The notes under the pieces are model-generated. The model was given only the letters and a program-made list of their open reading frames with translations. It was not told where the DNA came from and ran no database searches. A DNA stretch of 64,000 bases from Tetramitus jugosus (Eukaryota > Protista > Heterolobosea): positions 558,001 to 622,000 of the forward strand of contig OW569349.1 in the NCBI GenBank assembly GCA_937625935.1, in the 5' to 3' direction. Shown here one piece after another: positions 12,367 to 23,169 of the stretch. Within the stretch, counting starts at the first letter, position 1. Each line of letters opens with the position of its first letter. Position numbers and translations under genes: made by a program.

Positions 12367-15300
12367 TTATTTTCTTGCTCTTTTCCTTCGTCTGCTTGAG
12401 GCATACTTTTTATCATCAGATCCTTCTTTTTCTACTTCTTCCTTCTTGGTCACCTTTCTCTTCTTCTCTGGCTTTTTACCGTCCCTCATAGTTAAGAATT
12501 TTTGAACAATAAAGGTTGCAGAATCATTACCCGTCATGAGTTCGAATGGTGTTTTGCCTCCAGTATCCTCAATCTCAAGGTTGGATCCATAGACGAGCAG
12601 ATCGTGCAGAACAGGTTGCAAAGAGTTCGCTGCTACATTATGAAGACAGGTTCGACCTATTTTGTTCTTGATATTTATGAACTCTGTCAACTCTTGAGTA
12701 TTCAGATGATCAAGAGAGGGAAGCTTTGTCTTGCTTCGCTTTTCTTGTTGTGGAGCAGCGCCCTTCACCTTGAATCGGTCAACAATAGACTGTAGAATAG
12801 AAGATAACTCATTACCGACAAATCCTCGATGTACACCACTTGTCAACAAGTGCAAGAGAGTATTTCCTGTTCTGGTATCAACACCTCTCAAAGTGCAATC
12901 CAACAGTGGATCATCACTATAGTGACGAGCTAACCAACTGAATATGTAGCTCGCTGCCTCCGATACTATGAGTTGAAATGTGCTTAACGAGTTGGATCAC
13001 TCTCTTCTTCGGAGTCAACAGCTTCAGATGTTTTTTGGGTTAGCATTTCCAGCCATGATGGCTTTGGTTGACCATCTTCAGTTTGAATCATTAGCGAAAC
13101 AAATTTACTCTCATGTACTGTATCAACATGGTGTTGACGCAAGCAATGTCTAAGGCTTTGATGTAATTGAGTTTTGGATGGGACCACACCGTGATGAATG
13201 ACAACTGACAGTGCGAATGAATAGTACTTCTTTTCTAAGGCTATTCGCACTGGATTGTCAAGTTGTGCTGCAAAAGTCTTTGTGTATGGCCACAGGATGG
13301 AAAATATTTCATAGTTTCCCTCAAAACAGGCTATTAGAGCAGCATTTCTTGGCTTTCGTCCATCAATCTCATCATTTTCTAGCGGCATGCTAATCAGTTT
13401 TGACAACTCTTCCTTGTTACTAAACTTTTTCTTCCAATGCTTGATGATACACTGACATAGAGAAGCATCTCTTTCAGCTGAGATATGTAAAAGATTCGGT
13501 TTGGTTTCTTGAGTTTCATCTCGTACGAGTAGGTTGTTCGTGCAGTTCATCAATTTATCGAACATTGGAGTATCAATCGATACCTCCAACGCGAGATACA
13601 ATACAGGAATAGGAGCGACTACATCAGAATCTTCGTTTGAATACACAGGCCTATTGGCAATATCACTCAGATTGATTGATAACTCATTCAACAAGAATAA
13701 ACCGTTTGATGCTTCGAGCAGAATCTGAAGAGGACTTCGACCTGAAACATCTTTCATTTCTTCGTCTTTGGATGATTCAGATCGTTCAAAGAGCATTTCA
13801 GGGTAATCCCCAAGACAAATTAGTGCGCAATGCTTTGCCACTGGGTAATCGCCGAGGAGGAACACCTTTTGCTTTTTGTTCATGCTTGTCAATGAATCTG
13901 TTACATCTACCATCTTTTTCACTATATAGTGCAAAGCATTGAACCCATATTGCATTCGATGACCCAAGAGAGTCGACAACGGTTTCGGGGAGATTGATTC
14001 CTTCTGAATAATGATGTTAATCAGTGCATAGTTTTTGTTTCGAAGCGCTGATGTAACAATTGTATCTCCCTCATTGTTTTCTAGATCAACTTTGGCTCCT
14101 GCTTTGATCAATTCAGCAGCATTCTCATCGACATAGTCTTCTTGATTGATAATGGGTCTACTTGGACACACGACATTATAAAACCAACTAGCCGTGCCTG
14201 CTTTGCAGTAGAACAGAGCATTTTCTCCTCTCTCGTTCAATTCGTTCGCATCAAAACCTTTTTCTAGAAGCCATTGGATTGTTTGTACATTGGGGCATGC
14301 CATTGCAACATGTAGAAAGTTGCCACATGATGTTTTGTAGCCTTGCAGTGTTTGACTCTTGAAGAAAGGTAACTTGGCCACGTCGTTTAGGAACTTGATT
14401 TGAACATTGGTATCCGGATACTTGAGATAACGGTTTGGAGGAAAAATTTGTTCGATGGGAGTTTGACCTTTGTTGTTTCTTTCGAACATTAAATTCTCAG
14501 GACACACTGACAATAGATAATCCAGCACTGTATCGATTTGTCCATACTTACAGGCAGAATGAAGAATGTTGTTTCCATCTTTGTCCACTTGTGTGAGTGA
14601 AGCACCTGCTGTAACCAACTGTCTTATATCTTCCAAGCTTTCTGCTATGTCATGTCTAGCGAGGGCCAACTGGATGAGTGGGAGATTTCTTTGATCACCA
14701 TCAATTATTCCTTCTGTATTTCCAAGAACAATTAACTCCGGTCCGATAGACAAGAGGTACTTCATCAACTTGGTGCGTATAGCATTGGGCAGTCCACTCA
14801 CCATCAATTGTAGAAGATAATTACGAACCCCATTGACCATCAACGAAGGTTTGTAGTCCTCTACTAGAGTTTTAATCAACGTCAAACTTTCTTCGTTTGT
14901 ACATTGTCGTATCAAGATACTTAAGAGAGTGCATCTACACCCGAACCAATCAAATGTGCTGTTAACATTCATTACCAACTCTGGATATTTCATTCGGTCA
15001 GGATCCGTGAGCAACTCCAAGATCTGGAGAGCAGAGTTCACATTGTTCAACACAAAGTTTGCATCTAATTTAGTGTATGGAGCGAGTAAAACCGCAATTG
15101 TCGATGATGCCGGTAGGGAGAGAAGTGGTTGAAAATAAGAATATTCTCGAGCAGCAATAATTGTTGCTTCCACTACATCATTCGCCTCAGTTCTCACAGT
15201 GTTTCCCATGCAAGATAAACATATTCCCTCTTTCTTCGACATGTGATCCAAATACTTAACATGTGAGACAACAGGTACATTTTGAACGGATAGATTAGCA

Positions 15301-16295
15301 GTTGACACTACTAATGACACTTCAAAATGCGAATACATTTCTTTGATGCTTTCCCAATCTACATTCGGTTGATTAGGATTCAAAATGAGCAAGGGCAGAG
15401 TGAGACTCTGAATATTCACATTGATTGGTTTTCTATAGCCTTGCAGAGAATATTGATGGAATGACATATCTATTCCCAATCGTCCCTTTTCCGAAAAGAT
15501 TGTGAGCATCTCCACCGCACGACCATAGTCAAAACTCACACCAATAAAATTAAGATTCTTTGTCGAACTTGGTAACGAACGAGCAAGAGTATCCATTTCA
15601 AGTTCAGTCATTGAAATTGAGTATCCCCCATAGCGACTCTTCTTGAATCCTAGATTCGTGCCCAACAGATCAAATGTTTCCAGTTGAGTAAACCTTGGCA
15701 ACAGAGTGTTGAGACAAGTATTGAAATTGGAATTTGTAGAGAAGGAACCAGTGGCCAATCGAAGACGCTTCACATTGGGAAACACATTCGCCAAGAACTC
15801 AAAAATAGGAGTCCTGTTATATTTTCGAGTATAATGACTCGGTCCACTCAATTGACACGTTTTTCCCGTGGAATCAATTGGCTTGAATGCTACCAATTGA
15901 TCTTGACCATCATCACACTTACGGATGTAGTACTTTGGCTTGCCATCGTCCACCAGACTCAAATACGTAACATTTCCATAGATTTGTTCTTGAAATTCAT
16001 AGAGCCACTGGGAGCACACTGATCTCAGCATGAAATAATAGGGAAAAGCCGGAATGAACAACATGATTGAATGAAAGATGTCTCTGGGAATGGGTTGACC
16101 AGCAATGACAAAAAACCCTAGAATCTTGTCTCTTTCTCTCTCTGGATCTCTTTGCCAAGCATTGACACACAGTTCAGCGTCATCTGTTTCTTTCTGCTCC
16201 AGATCACGATCATCTGTCGATGATGATGGTGAGGCAGTCATGGGTACATCGTTATCTTTAGAAAAGTTCCCAAATGCTGCGACCATACTGAGCAT
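12367..16295 (-). CDS. F-box + LRR-like + ankyrin-repeat protein, with a frame break at about 12966-12995
   Basis: F-box PIPRDIFHSIMLFI...LRSVCSQW; LRR-like FPNVKRLRL and FTQLETFDL; ankyrins GNNILHSAC, GNFLHVAM, GENALFY, GDTIVTSAL. ORF 12367..12903 carries more ankyrins (GNTLLHLL, GRTCLHNV, GKTPFEL) in a frame open back to about 12995. First ATG at 16295. Confidence 0.75.
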
Positions 16296-16939
16296 GTTTG
16301 ATGCAATCAATTTAGTATTTTTTTTGACATCAACACTGAATTTTTCAGTCTGCAGATTGCTGAGATACCGATCTGATTGCAGGAGTCACACGCTTGAAGA
16401 GACCACGCTGAAATTTCTGAATTGTTCTGATTCCACAACCAATTGTTGACCATTTAGACAAGAGGAATTAATAGACTTCCCAGGAAGGAATCGATAAAAG
16501 GAGTCGCTCAGTCCATCACCCAAGCAGTTTTGACGTGTCAAGTCATCGAGTTGACAAGGAATCACTTTAGATACTGCGCAGTCAGAAAGCGGGTAGAGAT
16601 CGGTCGTTGGTCGTTTCGCTTTTTCTCAGATAAGGAATCGTAACTTTTATGAAGTGTACCGAGGGAGTGATTCATTTCTTAACTAATTGAAGAACAAGTC
16701 GTGAGAACTAAACGTGGACTTTCCATATTAGCCCCTAAATCTTACTTCCCTCAAAAAGAGCTGTTTGTCAAATCTCTTCTGGAGATTCAGAAATATTGAT
16801 GTGACAGAGTTCCTCCTTGATGTTGTACCCTTTCGTTGTTATACCAATCTCAGGGAAGAAGAACGCTTAAAAGCTACCACAAGGCTCAAGACTCAGCTAG
16901 AAAACACATAAAGCTCGAACTATCCAGTCTATTGAAATC

Positions 16940-17686
16940 ATGAAAGCAATCCTCCATACTCAAGTCACCGAAACCACACAACAATCAATTGATCCTAGTG
17001 AGCCACAACTAACCCTCGAACCATGTATCAAACCTGAAGATACCTGCATGGTCTGCCCCTTCAGAGCTGAAGGTTCAATTGCTCGAACTCGTGGTAAAAA
17101 TCCCTCGAAGCCAACCTCCTTTTGTAACAAAATTCAAATCACAAGACGGGAGATGGCAAAATACTTTTCTTATCCACAACGCTTGGCAGCTCAAAAGTTA
17201 GGTGTTTCGGTGTCTACACTCAAGAGGAGATTTTATCAATTGGGTATAGGTCGATGGCCCTACCAATTAATGCAAGAAAAAAGAAGAAGCAATCTTTGGA
17301 GCTTAGTCAGTGACGTGGAGTCACAGAGTGAGAAAGAGTTGAGCCCAAACACTGTACAAACACTAACTCGTCTCTTCTCCATGAGTCTCCAAGACCAACA
17401 ACTTCTAGCCACTGAAAATCCGTCACCACAAAGAAATATCTCAAACAGTGGAGCTGGATCGCCAAACCTCAAGTTCCTCCAGTATGTGCCAAAGTGTGAG
17501 ACATCAGTACAATCCCAAAATCAAAACAGCTCGATACCCTCATCCAACTCCAATGTAATCCACAAGAGGTCAAGAAGATTTCTGCAACTATCCGACGAAG
17601 GAACGAACACCAGCTATGAATCTTCGAAAGAGAGCAACAGAAAATGGCAAAAACTGGTTCCTAGAAGTAATGTATCGAACAATTAG
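16940..17686 (+). CDS. RWP-RK domain transcription factor
   Basis: ITRREMAKYFSYPQRLAAQKLGVSVSTLKRRFYQLGIGRWPY matches the RWP-RK signature. Confidence 0.85.
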   Translation: MKAILHTQVTETTQQSIDPSEPQLTLEPCIKPEDTCMVCPFRAEGSIARTRGKNPSKPTSFCNKIQITRREMAKYFSYPQRLAAQKLGVSVSTLKRRFYQLGIGRWPYQLMQEKRRSNLWSLVSDVESQSEKELSPNTVQTLTRLFSMSLQDQQLLATENPSPQRNISNSGAGSPNLKFLQYVPKCETSVQSQNQNSSIPSSNSNVIHKRSRRFLQLSDEGTNTSYESSKESNRKWQKLVPRSNVSNN

Positions 17687-18122
17687 AAGGCTAGTCCAGC
17701 CAGAGGTACATAAAATCTTCCAAAACATGCAGATTGTATTATGGGTACGATGAAAACTTTTGACGCTTTCGAGAGGATATGCCCTGAACAGTTCGTTTTG
17801 TGCCATAATATATCTTCCATTCTCTTTGCGTGATATTTTCTGTACAAATTGAATAGGGTAAATCACAGCCGAGAGTGTATCGTACACCCGAGCAGTGGTG
17901 TGAAGCTGACCTGTAGCTCTTCCTGTCTCAATGAATTCTTGAACTCCCTCTGGCACTGGTACTCCCTCCCATAGTCGTATCCTAGCTGTTCAATTAACTT
18001 TTTAAACGCATATTCTTGATCAGTTGTTGAGCAAATGTTTGTAGGCTAGTATTTTCACGAAACTGCCCTAGATAACTACGGGTCAGTTTCGGAAGGTCCC
18101 CATCTAGAGAATATTTTCTTCG

Positions 18123-18194
18123 TCTTCTTCTTGTTGAAAGTCATTGTGGCTGTCAGAAGAGGACATGAAGTCACCATCGTCATTATTGTCAGAC
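18123..18194. repeat. About 70-bp segment duplicated in inverted orientation at 24357-24426
   Basis: Its reverse complement (gtctgacaataatgacgatggtgacttcatgtcc...atgactttcaacaagaagaaga) matches 24357-24426 with small indels. Confidence 0.9.
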
Positions 18195-18218
18195 CAAAAG
18201 TGCACACTTGTGAGTTTA

Positions 18219-18264
18219 GAGGAGAAATGAAAAATGTCGCAGAAATAGTTTTTTTGTATTCACA
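18219..18264 (+). repeat. 46-bp direct repeat, left copy
   Basis: gaggagaaatgaaaaatgtcgcagaaatagtttttttgtattcaca is identical at 24555-24600. Confidence 0.95.
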
Positions 18265-18720
18265 ATCGGATCCAGTACAGAACTTGTGCAACGATTATTC
18301 AAATTACGACATATTCTCGATTTGAGAGAGCAAGAACAAGAGAATATTTTGAAATCCATTGGCAACACGCCACGACTGAATATTTTGAGAATTGATATGC
18401 TCAAATTGAGCATGGAATTAACGTTGATTGGAATGAACTATTGACCCTCATCAATCCATCTGAAACAGTGAAGGCATGATCATCACGCCACCTTGAGCTA
18501 TCACGCGAGATTGAACCACCACCCAAGAAGAAATAAAACATTTGTCTGATGAGTAACATCAGCTTCTCTTTCTGCAGTACATAGTTCGAAAGACACAGTT
18601 CAATATTCTAACACAACTATACTTCAACGAAGCCAGGTTTGATGTGGCTAGCACTTTCGTTGATAGGAGAAGCTTCAAGTAGCTTCTTCATTAAATGTGA
18701 AGAGACCATGTTGTATCACA
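18265..18720 (+). pseudogene. Decayed LRR-like gene relic
   Basis: Interrupted frames give ILKSIGNTPRLNILRID and TQFNILTQLYFNEARFDV with multiple stops; the resemblance is weak. Confidence 0.3.
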
Positions 18721-19057
18721 ACAACTTCCAGTCATAGCTCATGTTTTAACAATACCCTGTGAATAAAATGAAACATCATAGTATTAACTCGTTTGCAGCG
18801 AGCAACAAGACAGGGTAGAAGGTGAAAGCTTCTCTTAGTTCCTGGTTCGTTCAGACATCCGCCATGCTGAACGGTGACCGAGCACCTGGCCGACGAGGGA
18901 CCATCTCTCATTTTCCTCTCAAGCTGCGGAGTTGGTGTTGTTGTAACAATTTCCGTTGGGCTGTCTGTAGTCCCCTTTACAACATCAACCGCCAACAGCT
19001 CGGTTTTCTCTCTTTGATTTTTTCAAAACCAAAAAAACCAAACCAAACACAAACAAC

Positions 19058-19647
19058 ATGACCCAACCTCTACCAAATTTCGACAACTTAACCCACCACC
19101 TCCAGGGTGTTGTCAATGAAGTGCAACACTTGGACAACTATTCCAATAATATGATGAACCATCAACAAAATGTTGCCAACATGGTCGTTGCTGCATTGAC
19201 CGCTCCCACAGGACCACTCACTGTTCTAAACAACCAATTAAACGGCCTTCAAACAACAGTGAACACCCTGCAAACAACAGTGAATAACATTCAAACAACA
19301 GTGAATAACATTCAAACAACAGTGAACACCCTGCAAAAAACAGTGAATAACATTCAAACAACAGTTAACAATCATACAATTCAATTTAGTCGCTTGGAAA
19401 TTGAAATGGCCCGTACCCAAATGCAACCAAAGGAGTAGGGATCCCCGACCAGTTCACCAGTGTACCTAATGCACTTGGAGCACAACCGCCCATCTAATTG
19501 GCCACCATTCACGATTTAACGAGCTTGACTGGACCTCAAGCCAATGCCTTGTGTAATTTCTATGGAATTGCTCCTATACCAAACTTCGTTGTAGATCGAC
19601 AGTCGGTAATTGCCCAACACTGTGGTATCCCTGCACACCGTCGATAA
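19058..19647 (+). pseudogene. Mug135-like (DUF1773-type) coiled-coil protein, disrupted
   Basis: N-terminal PNFDNLTHHLQGVVNEVQHLDN, then heptad repeats. After a frame break at about 19420: ARTQNATKG...VPNALGAQPPI*LATIHDLTSLTGPQANALCNFYGIAP...RQSVIAQHCGI, with in-frame TAA at 19495-19497. Confidence 0.65.
19250..19375 (+). repeat. Six 21-bp tandem repeats encoding QTTVN(T/N)(L/I) heptads, ABB-ABB higher-order pattern
   Basis: Units caaacaacagtgaacaccctg and caaacaacagtgaataacatt are read directly. Confidence 0.92.
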
Positions 19648-20901
19648 TCAGCTGTCTGTTGGATTTTGAGGCACGCATTGTTTGCACATAGTTCAGTGGA
19701 CGAACGCTGGCAACAAGCACTTGTGGATAAGCAATATTTCATTGATTACATGAGGGCAATATCACCAATGGTCGAGGACTTGCGTATTGTTTGCCAGACC
19801 CCTTATCTCACACTGAAAGTGGAAACAGTTTGTGAAAACGAGATGGAGATGTTTGATTTCGGCTGGAAGCCTTTTGAATTTACAGACAGTGAGGAGTTGA
19901 TCGAAAAGAACGAGGAGTTGACCAAGCAGCTGGATGCCTTACAGTTTCCACAACTTATGAATCTCTATTGGCGATTTTGTGACGCTTTTGAGTTGCATTC
20001 CATCTTTTTCAAAGATAGCAATTGTAGTCAGTATCGACAATTACCTTTGGTAGATCCAAGATTCATTAACTTGGAGTCGCTTAACATCACCCAAAGTTGG
20101 AGACAATGAGCTTGGGCAATATGAATAGTATCTATACGCCTCCCTGCTTTATCTCTCTGAAATCCTTGAATCTTCGTGCTACATATAACTCAATCATTGC
20201 GCTGCTCTCTGTGGAGTTTCCACAACTAACTCGATTGTGTATTCATGTTGACTATAGTACTGATCGCATTAGTGATGCAGCTGGGATTAAGTCGCTTCGT
20301 TCCCTTGAGTATTTCAAGTTCTCTGATTCTGGTGTTGGTACGAATGTCCATCTATTGTTTGAAGCTATCAATCAAGATTTAAAGGAGTTGGTCATACATG
20401 ACTACACTTACGATGGAAGTCTCTCTGATGTGATTGCGCGTGGTATAAATCATCTAACTAACATCGAGCAGGCTACGCTAAGACTTTTCTGGAAGTGTGA
20501 GGAGTTGGAGGTATTCTTGAAACAGAATGTCAATATGCATACACTAACATTGAATAGCAATTCCCCTGCTATTCCTAAGTTGGTACAGCTCACTTCCCAA
20601 CTCAAGAATTTGAATCTCAAACATTTTGTCCTCCAACCCACCGATGCACTATTCATGCACCTCCCGAACCTTCAAATTCTTGATATTTCCGAGTGTAAAC
20701 AGATCACGTTGCATTCGAGAATCTCAAGGAATTGCACTGTCTGGCACTAATGTAACGTTCCAACACCTACACAACCTCCAAAAACTGGGAATAGGCTTCC
20801 GGCATGGTTTCGATGAGTCAGAAACCAGCAATACCATCGATAATAGGGCGACAGGTGAAGCGTTCAAGACCTTGGGTTCCCTCAGAAAACTGATTGTATA
20901 A
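19641..20901 (+). pseudogene. F-box/LRR (RNI-like) pseudogene in several frameshifted pieces
   Basis: Degenerate F-box (IISCLLDF...SSVDERWQQAL). LRRs FPQLMNLYW, FINLESLNIT, FISLKSLNL, FPQLTRLCI, LPNLQILDISEC and LHNLQKLGI are spread over ORFs 19666..20109, 20097..20750 and 20626..20901. Confidence 0.7.
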
Positions 20902-21015
20902 GTGAACGAAACTGACACTTTGAGCAAAGTAAACGGAAAAACTAAAACTCCTCTAACAAGAAATTGTAAAGATGACTCTCACTAAAATTAGGATGAGTCA
21001 CCCGACTGTCACCCG

Positions 21016-21059
21016 TGTTTCAGAGCAGTTGAAGCAAACCTTCGAACTGCTCTGAAACA
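21016..21059. other. Near-perfect hairpin (15+4 bp stem, 5-nt loop)
   Basis: TGTTTCAGAGCAGTT-GAAG-caaac-CTTC-g-AACTGCTCTGAAACA. Confidence 0.85.
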
Positions 21060-21081
21060 TTCAGGAATTGTTCTATCGAGT

Positions 21082-21726
21082 ATGCGTTCACCACTTTTTG
21101 TGAAGACAATGTTCGAGGAGGCAACGAAACGTCCAGTGTCTATGCTTGTCTCTTTCACGACATTGGGTTTGGCAATGACTATCAGGAGAGAGGACAAAGC
21201 CAATCGTTACGTGAGTTTTTTCGCCAACTCCCGTTCTGGTGATTCAATCCAACATACAGATCAAGTTATATCGTTCTGTACAACCAAAGAAGGGGAACTG
21301 TTGAAGGAAGATGACCTCAGAAAACTCATCGGGGATAAGACGAGTGATAAGTACAAAGAAGCTAATCGATCTCGGCGCGAATGGTTAAGAATCTACGAGC
21401 GATTGATGTATGAATGGGAGAACGATATCATATCAGAAGCTGATATCATGATGAGCGATTTCCCAAGTACAACACAAGCCAAAACGTTCATCAAATATAT
21501 GCAAGCGTTCGATCAAGCCAATTCTGGGTCTAACAAACAGAATAACCAAGAGGACAGCAACAGCAAATGGGACGAACCAAAGCTTCACAAGTGGGTAAAA
21601 TACTATATCGAAAGAAAGGGCGAAACCAAAAGCATAAGGGATTCCTATGTGAATGGTGGAATGAAACATAGGTGGTGGTACAAACAACGCATTCGAGCCA
21701 AACTAATGTTGCTAAATTTCAAATAA
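21082..21726 (+). CDS. Hypothetical protein (214 aa), no recognised domain
   Basis: Uninterrupted ORF with protein-like composition, convergent with the TIR gene; may be a fragment. Confidence 0.4.
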   Translation: MRSPLFVKTMFEEATKRPVSMLVSFTTLGLAMTIRREDKANRYVSFFANSRSGDSIQHTDQVISFCTTKEGELLKEDDLRKLIGDKTSDKYKEANRSRREWLRIYERLMYEWENDIISEADIMMSDFPSTTQAKTFIKYMQAFDQANSGSNKQNNQEDSNSKWDEPKLHKWVKYYIERKGETKSIRDSYVNGGMKHRWWYKQRIRAKLMLLNFK

Positions 21727-21840
21727 ACGGGTTTTCTCACCTATTCTTATTCCTTTGCAGATTGGCAGTTGTCAGAAGAGTTGAATGATATTGGCGGAGG
21801 ATCAGCATCCATCCAGAGAGCTTTAATTGGTGAAGCAATG

Positions 21841-23070
21841 TCATTTCTTGGGCTTCTCTTTGATAACCTTTTCCCATTGTCGTCTGTATTCGAGACGTTG
21901 CCGATCGATGTACTCTCTGTCTTTTTGCTTGCAAGCTATTGCGAGCAGAAATGTGCAATGATAATAAAAAGCGAAAGCCGTTTTGCATTCGTTCATGTCA
22001 TCTTTCCAAGGAGTTTGGAAATGGTCATACAAAGTTATGTAGCTATCCGCCATGGATTTTAGATAATCTTGAGATACACTTTTTAGAGCATAGAACATGA
22101 GATCCAAGCCATATTCCATACATGAAAAACACTCTTCATAGTAGTCACATTTGACCAAATGAATATAATACTTCAAATTATCATAGACCATGGCAAATCC
22201 AACTTCAAAACAGGTGATCCATGCATTATTGATACTCTTTGTAGAACACCGGTCATCGTTGAAAAGTAGACTAGGTGTATTCATGGTTGCAATAACGATA
22301 TCATGGATCATTTTCGACTGCTTGCTTTTTAATCCTCCATTACGGATACCCACACACATTTCCAGCAGAAAACTCATCAAAGAACCCAAAAATTCGCCAC
22401 CAAGCTTATCAATGTCCCTGTTATACGACCTGTGTAGATCTTGCAAAGACTTAACTTTATCCTCTTCTATGTCGTATGTTTTCCTCTTGTTGTTCAGATC
22501 CATCAGCATGAAGGCTTGTGTCACGTGATATTGGATTGTGTTTTCATTGTCATCATATCTGATTGTGTGTTGAACCAAACGACCAAGTTCCCTAACAATG
22601 AGGTTAGAATCGACCATTTTATGATGATTAATCGCTGGGATGGCCTCTATCTCGAGCAAGCTCTTGACGAGGAGTTTATGTTCATCGATACAATCACGGA
22701 TTCTACCGAGATCCTCCAACAGAATTGGAATTAGAGTAACATCGTTCTGTTGACATATGTACAATTCCTTCATGCAGAACTTACTGTTTGCAAAGTTCTG
22801 AGTGACAAAGAAAACACAATAATAGCAGTTTTTCAGTGCATCCTCTATTTCCCTCCATGCTGTGGTTCCCACTTCGATGGTGCGCTCAGAATAAAATATC
22901 TTACACCTACGTTTCAAACGGTCATAAATTTGTGACACATTAGGTTGATCCCGAGATGAATGACTGAAAAAAAATGTAAATTTACGGACAGAATCGGTAG
23001 AGTTCACAGCTGACCCTTTCAGGCACTTTTTTAGTTCCTGCTTGCCAAGCTTGATGGTCTCCTCATTCAT
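21841..23070 (-). CDS. TIR (TIR_2-type) domain protein with uncharacterised helical C-terminus
   Basis: FFFSHSSRD...IYDRL...IFYSERTIEVG..AWREIEDALKNC..CVFFVTQNFANSKFCMKEL...LIPILLE; the NADase-type Glu is present in CMKEL. Confidence 0.85.
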   Translation of the reverse strand: MNEETIKLGKQELKKCLKGSAVNSTDSVRKFTFFFSHSSRDQPNVSQIYDRLKRRCKIFYSERTIEVGTTAWREIEDALKNCYYCVFFVTQNFANSKFCMKELYICQQNDVTLIPILLEDLGRIRDCIDEHKLLVKSLLEIEAIPAINHHKMVDSNLIVRELGRLVQHTIRYDDNENTIQYHVTQAFMLMDLNNKRKTYDIEEDKVKSLQDLHRSYNRDIDKLGGEFLGSLMSFLLEMCVGIRNGGLKSKQSKMIHDIVIATMNTPSLLFNDDRCSTKSINNAWITCFEVGFAMVYDNLKYYIHLVKCDYYEECFSCMEYGLDLMFYALKSVSQDYLKSMADSYITLYDHFQTPWKDDMNECKTAFAFYYHCTFLLAIACKQKDREYIDRQRLEYRRQWEKVIKEKPKK

Positions 23071-23169
23071 TTTCCTTCTTCTTTTTGGGCTTTTGGTAAT
23101 TTACGTGAGATTGTCGATTCCAAAATAGATTTTTATTTTCCGGTGTGTAATTTCTCCGTTATGGCCAGA

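Noticed and set aside
17588-18120. Minus-strand ORF fragments next to the island border
   Set aside because: Interrupted by stops and unassignable; probably a decayed gene but not supportable as a feature.
19250-19375. CRISPR-like array
   Set aside because: Contiguous 21-bp coding repeats without spacers, in a eukaryotic gene.
19410-19500. Programmed -1 frameshift at CCCAAAT in the Mug135-like gene
   Set aside because: The heptamer is in the wrong phase and a downstream in-frame TAA also breaks the gene; pseudogenisation is simpler.
21769-22062. Antisense ORF with F-box-like FETLPIDVLSVFLL overlapping the TIR gene end
   Set aside because: Short, lacks the rest of the F-box motif and lies antisense to an intact gene; likely chance.
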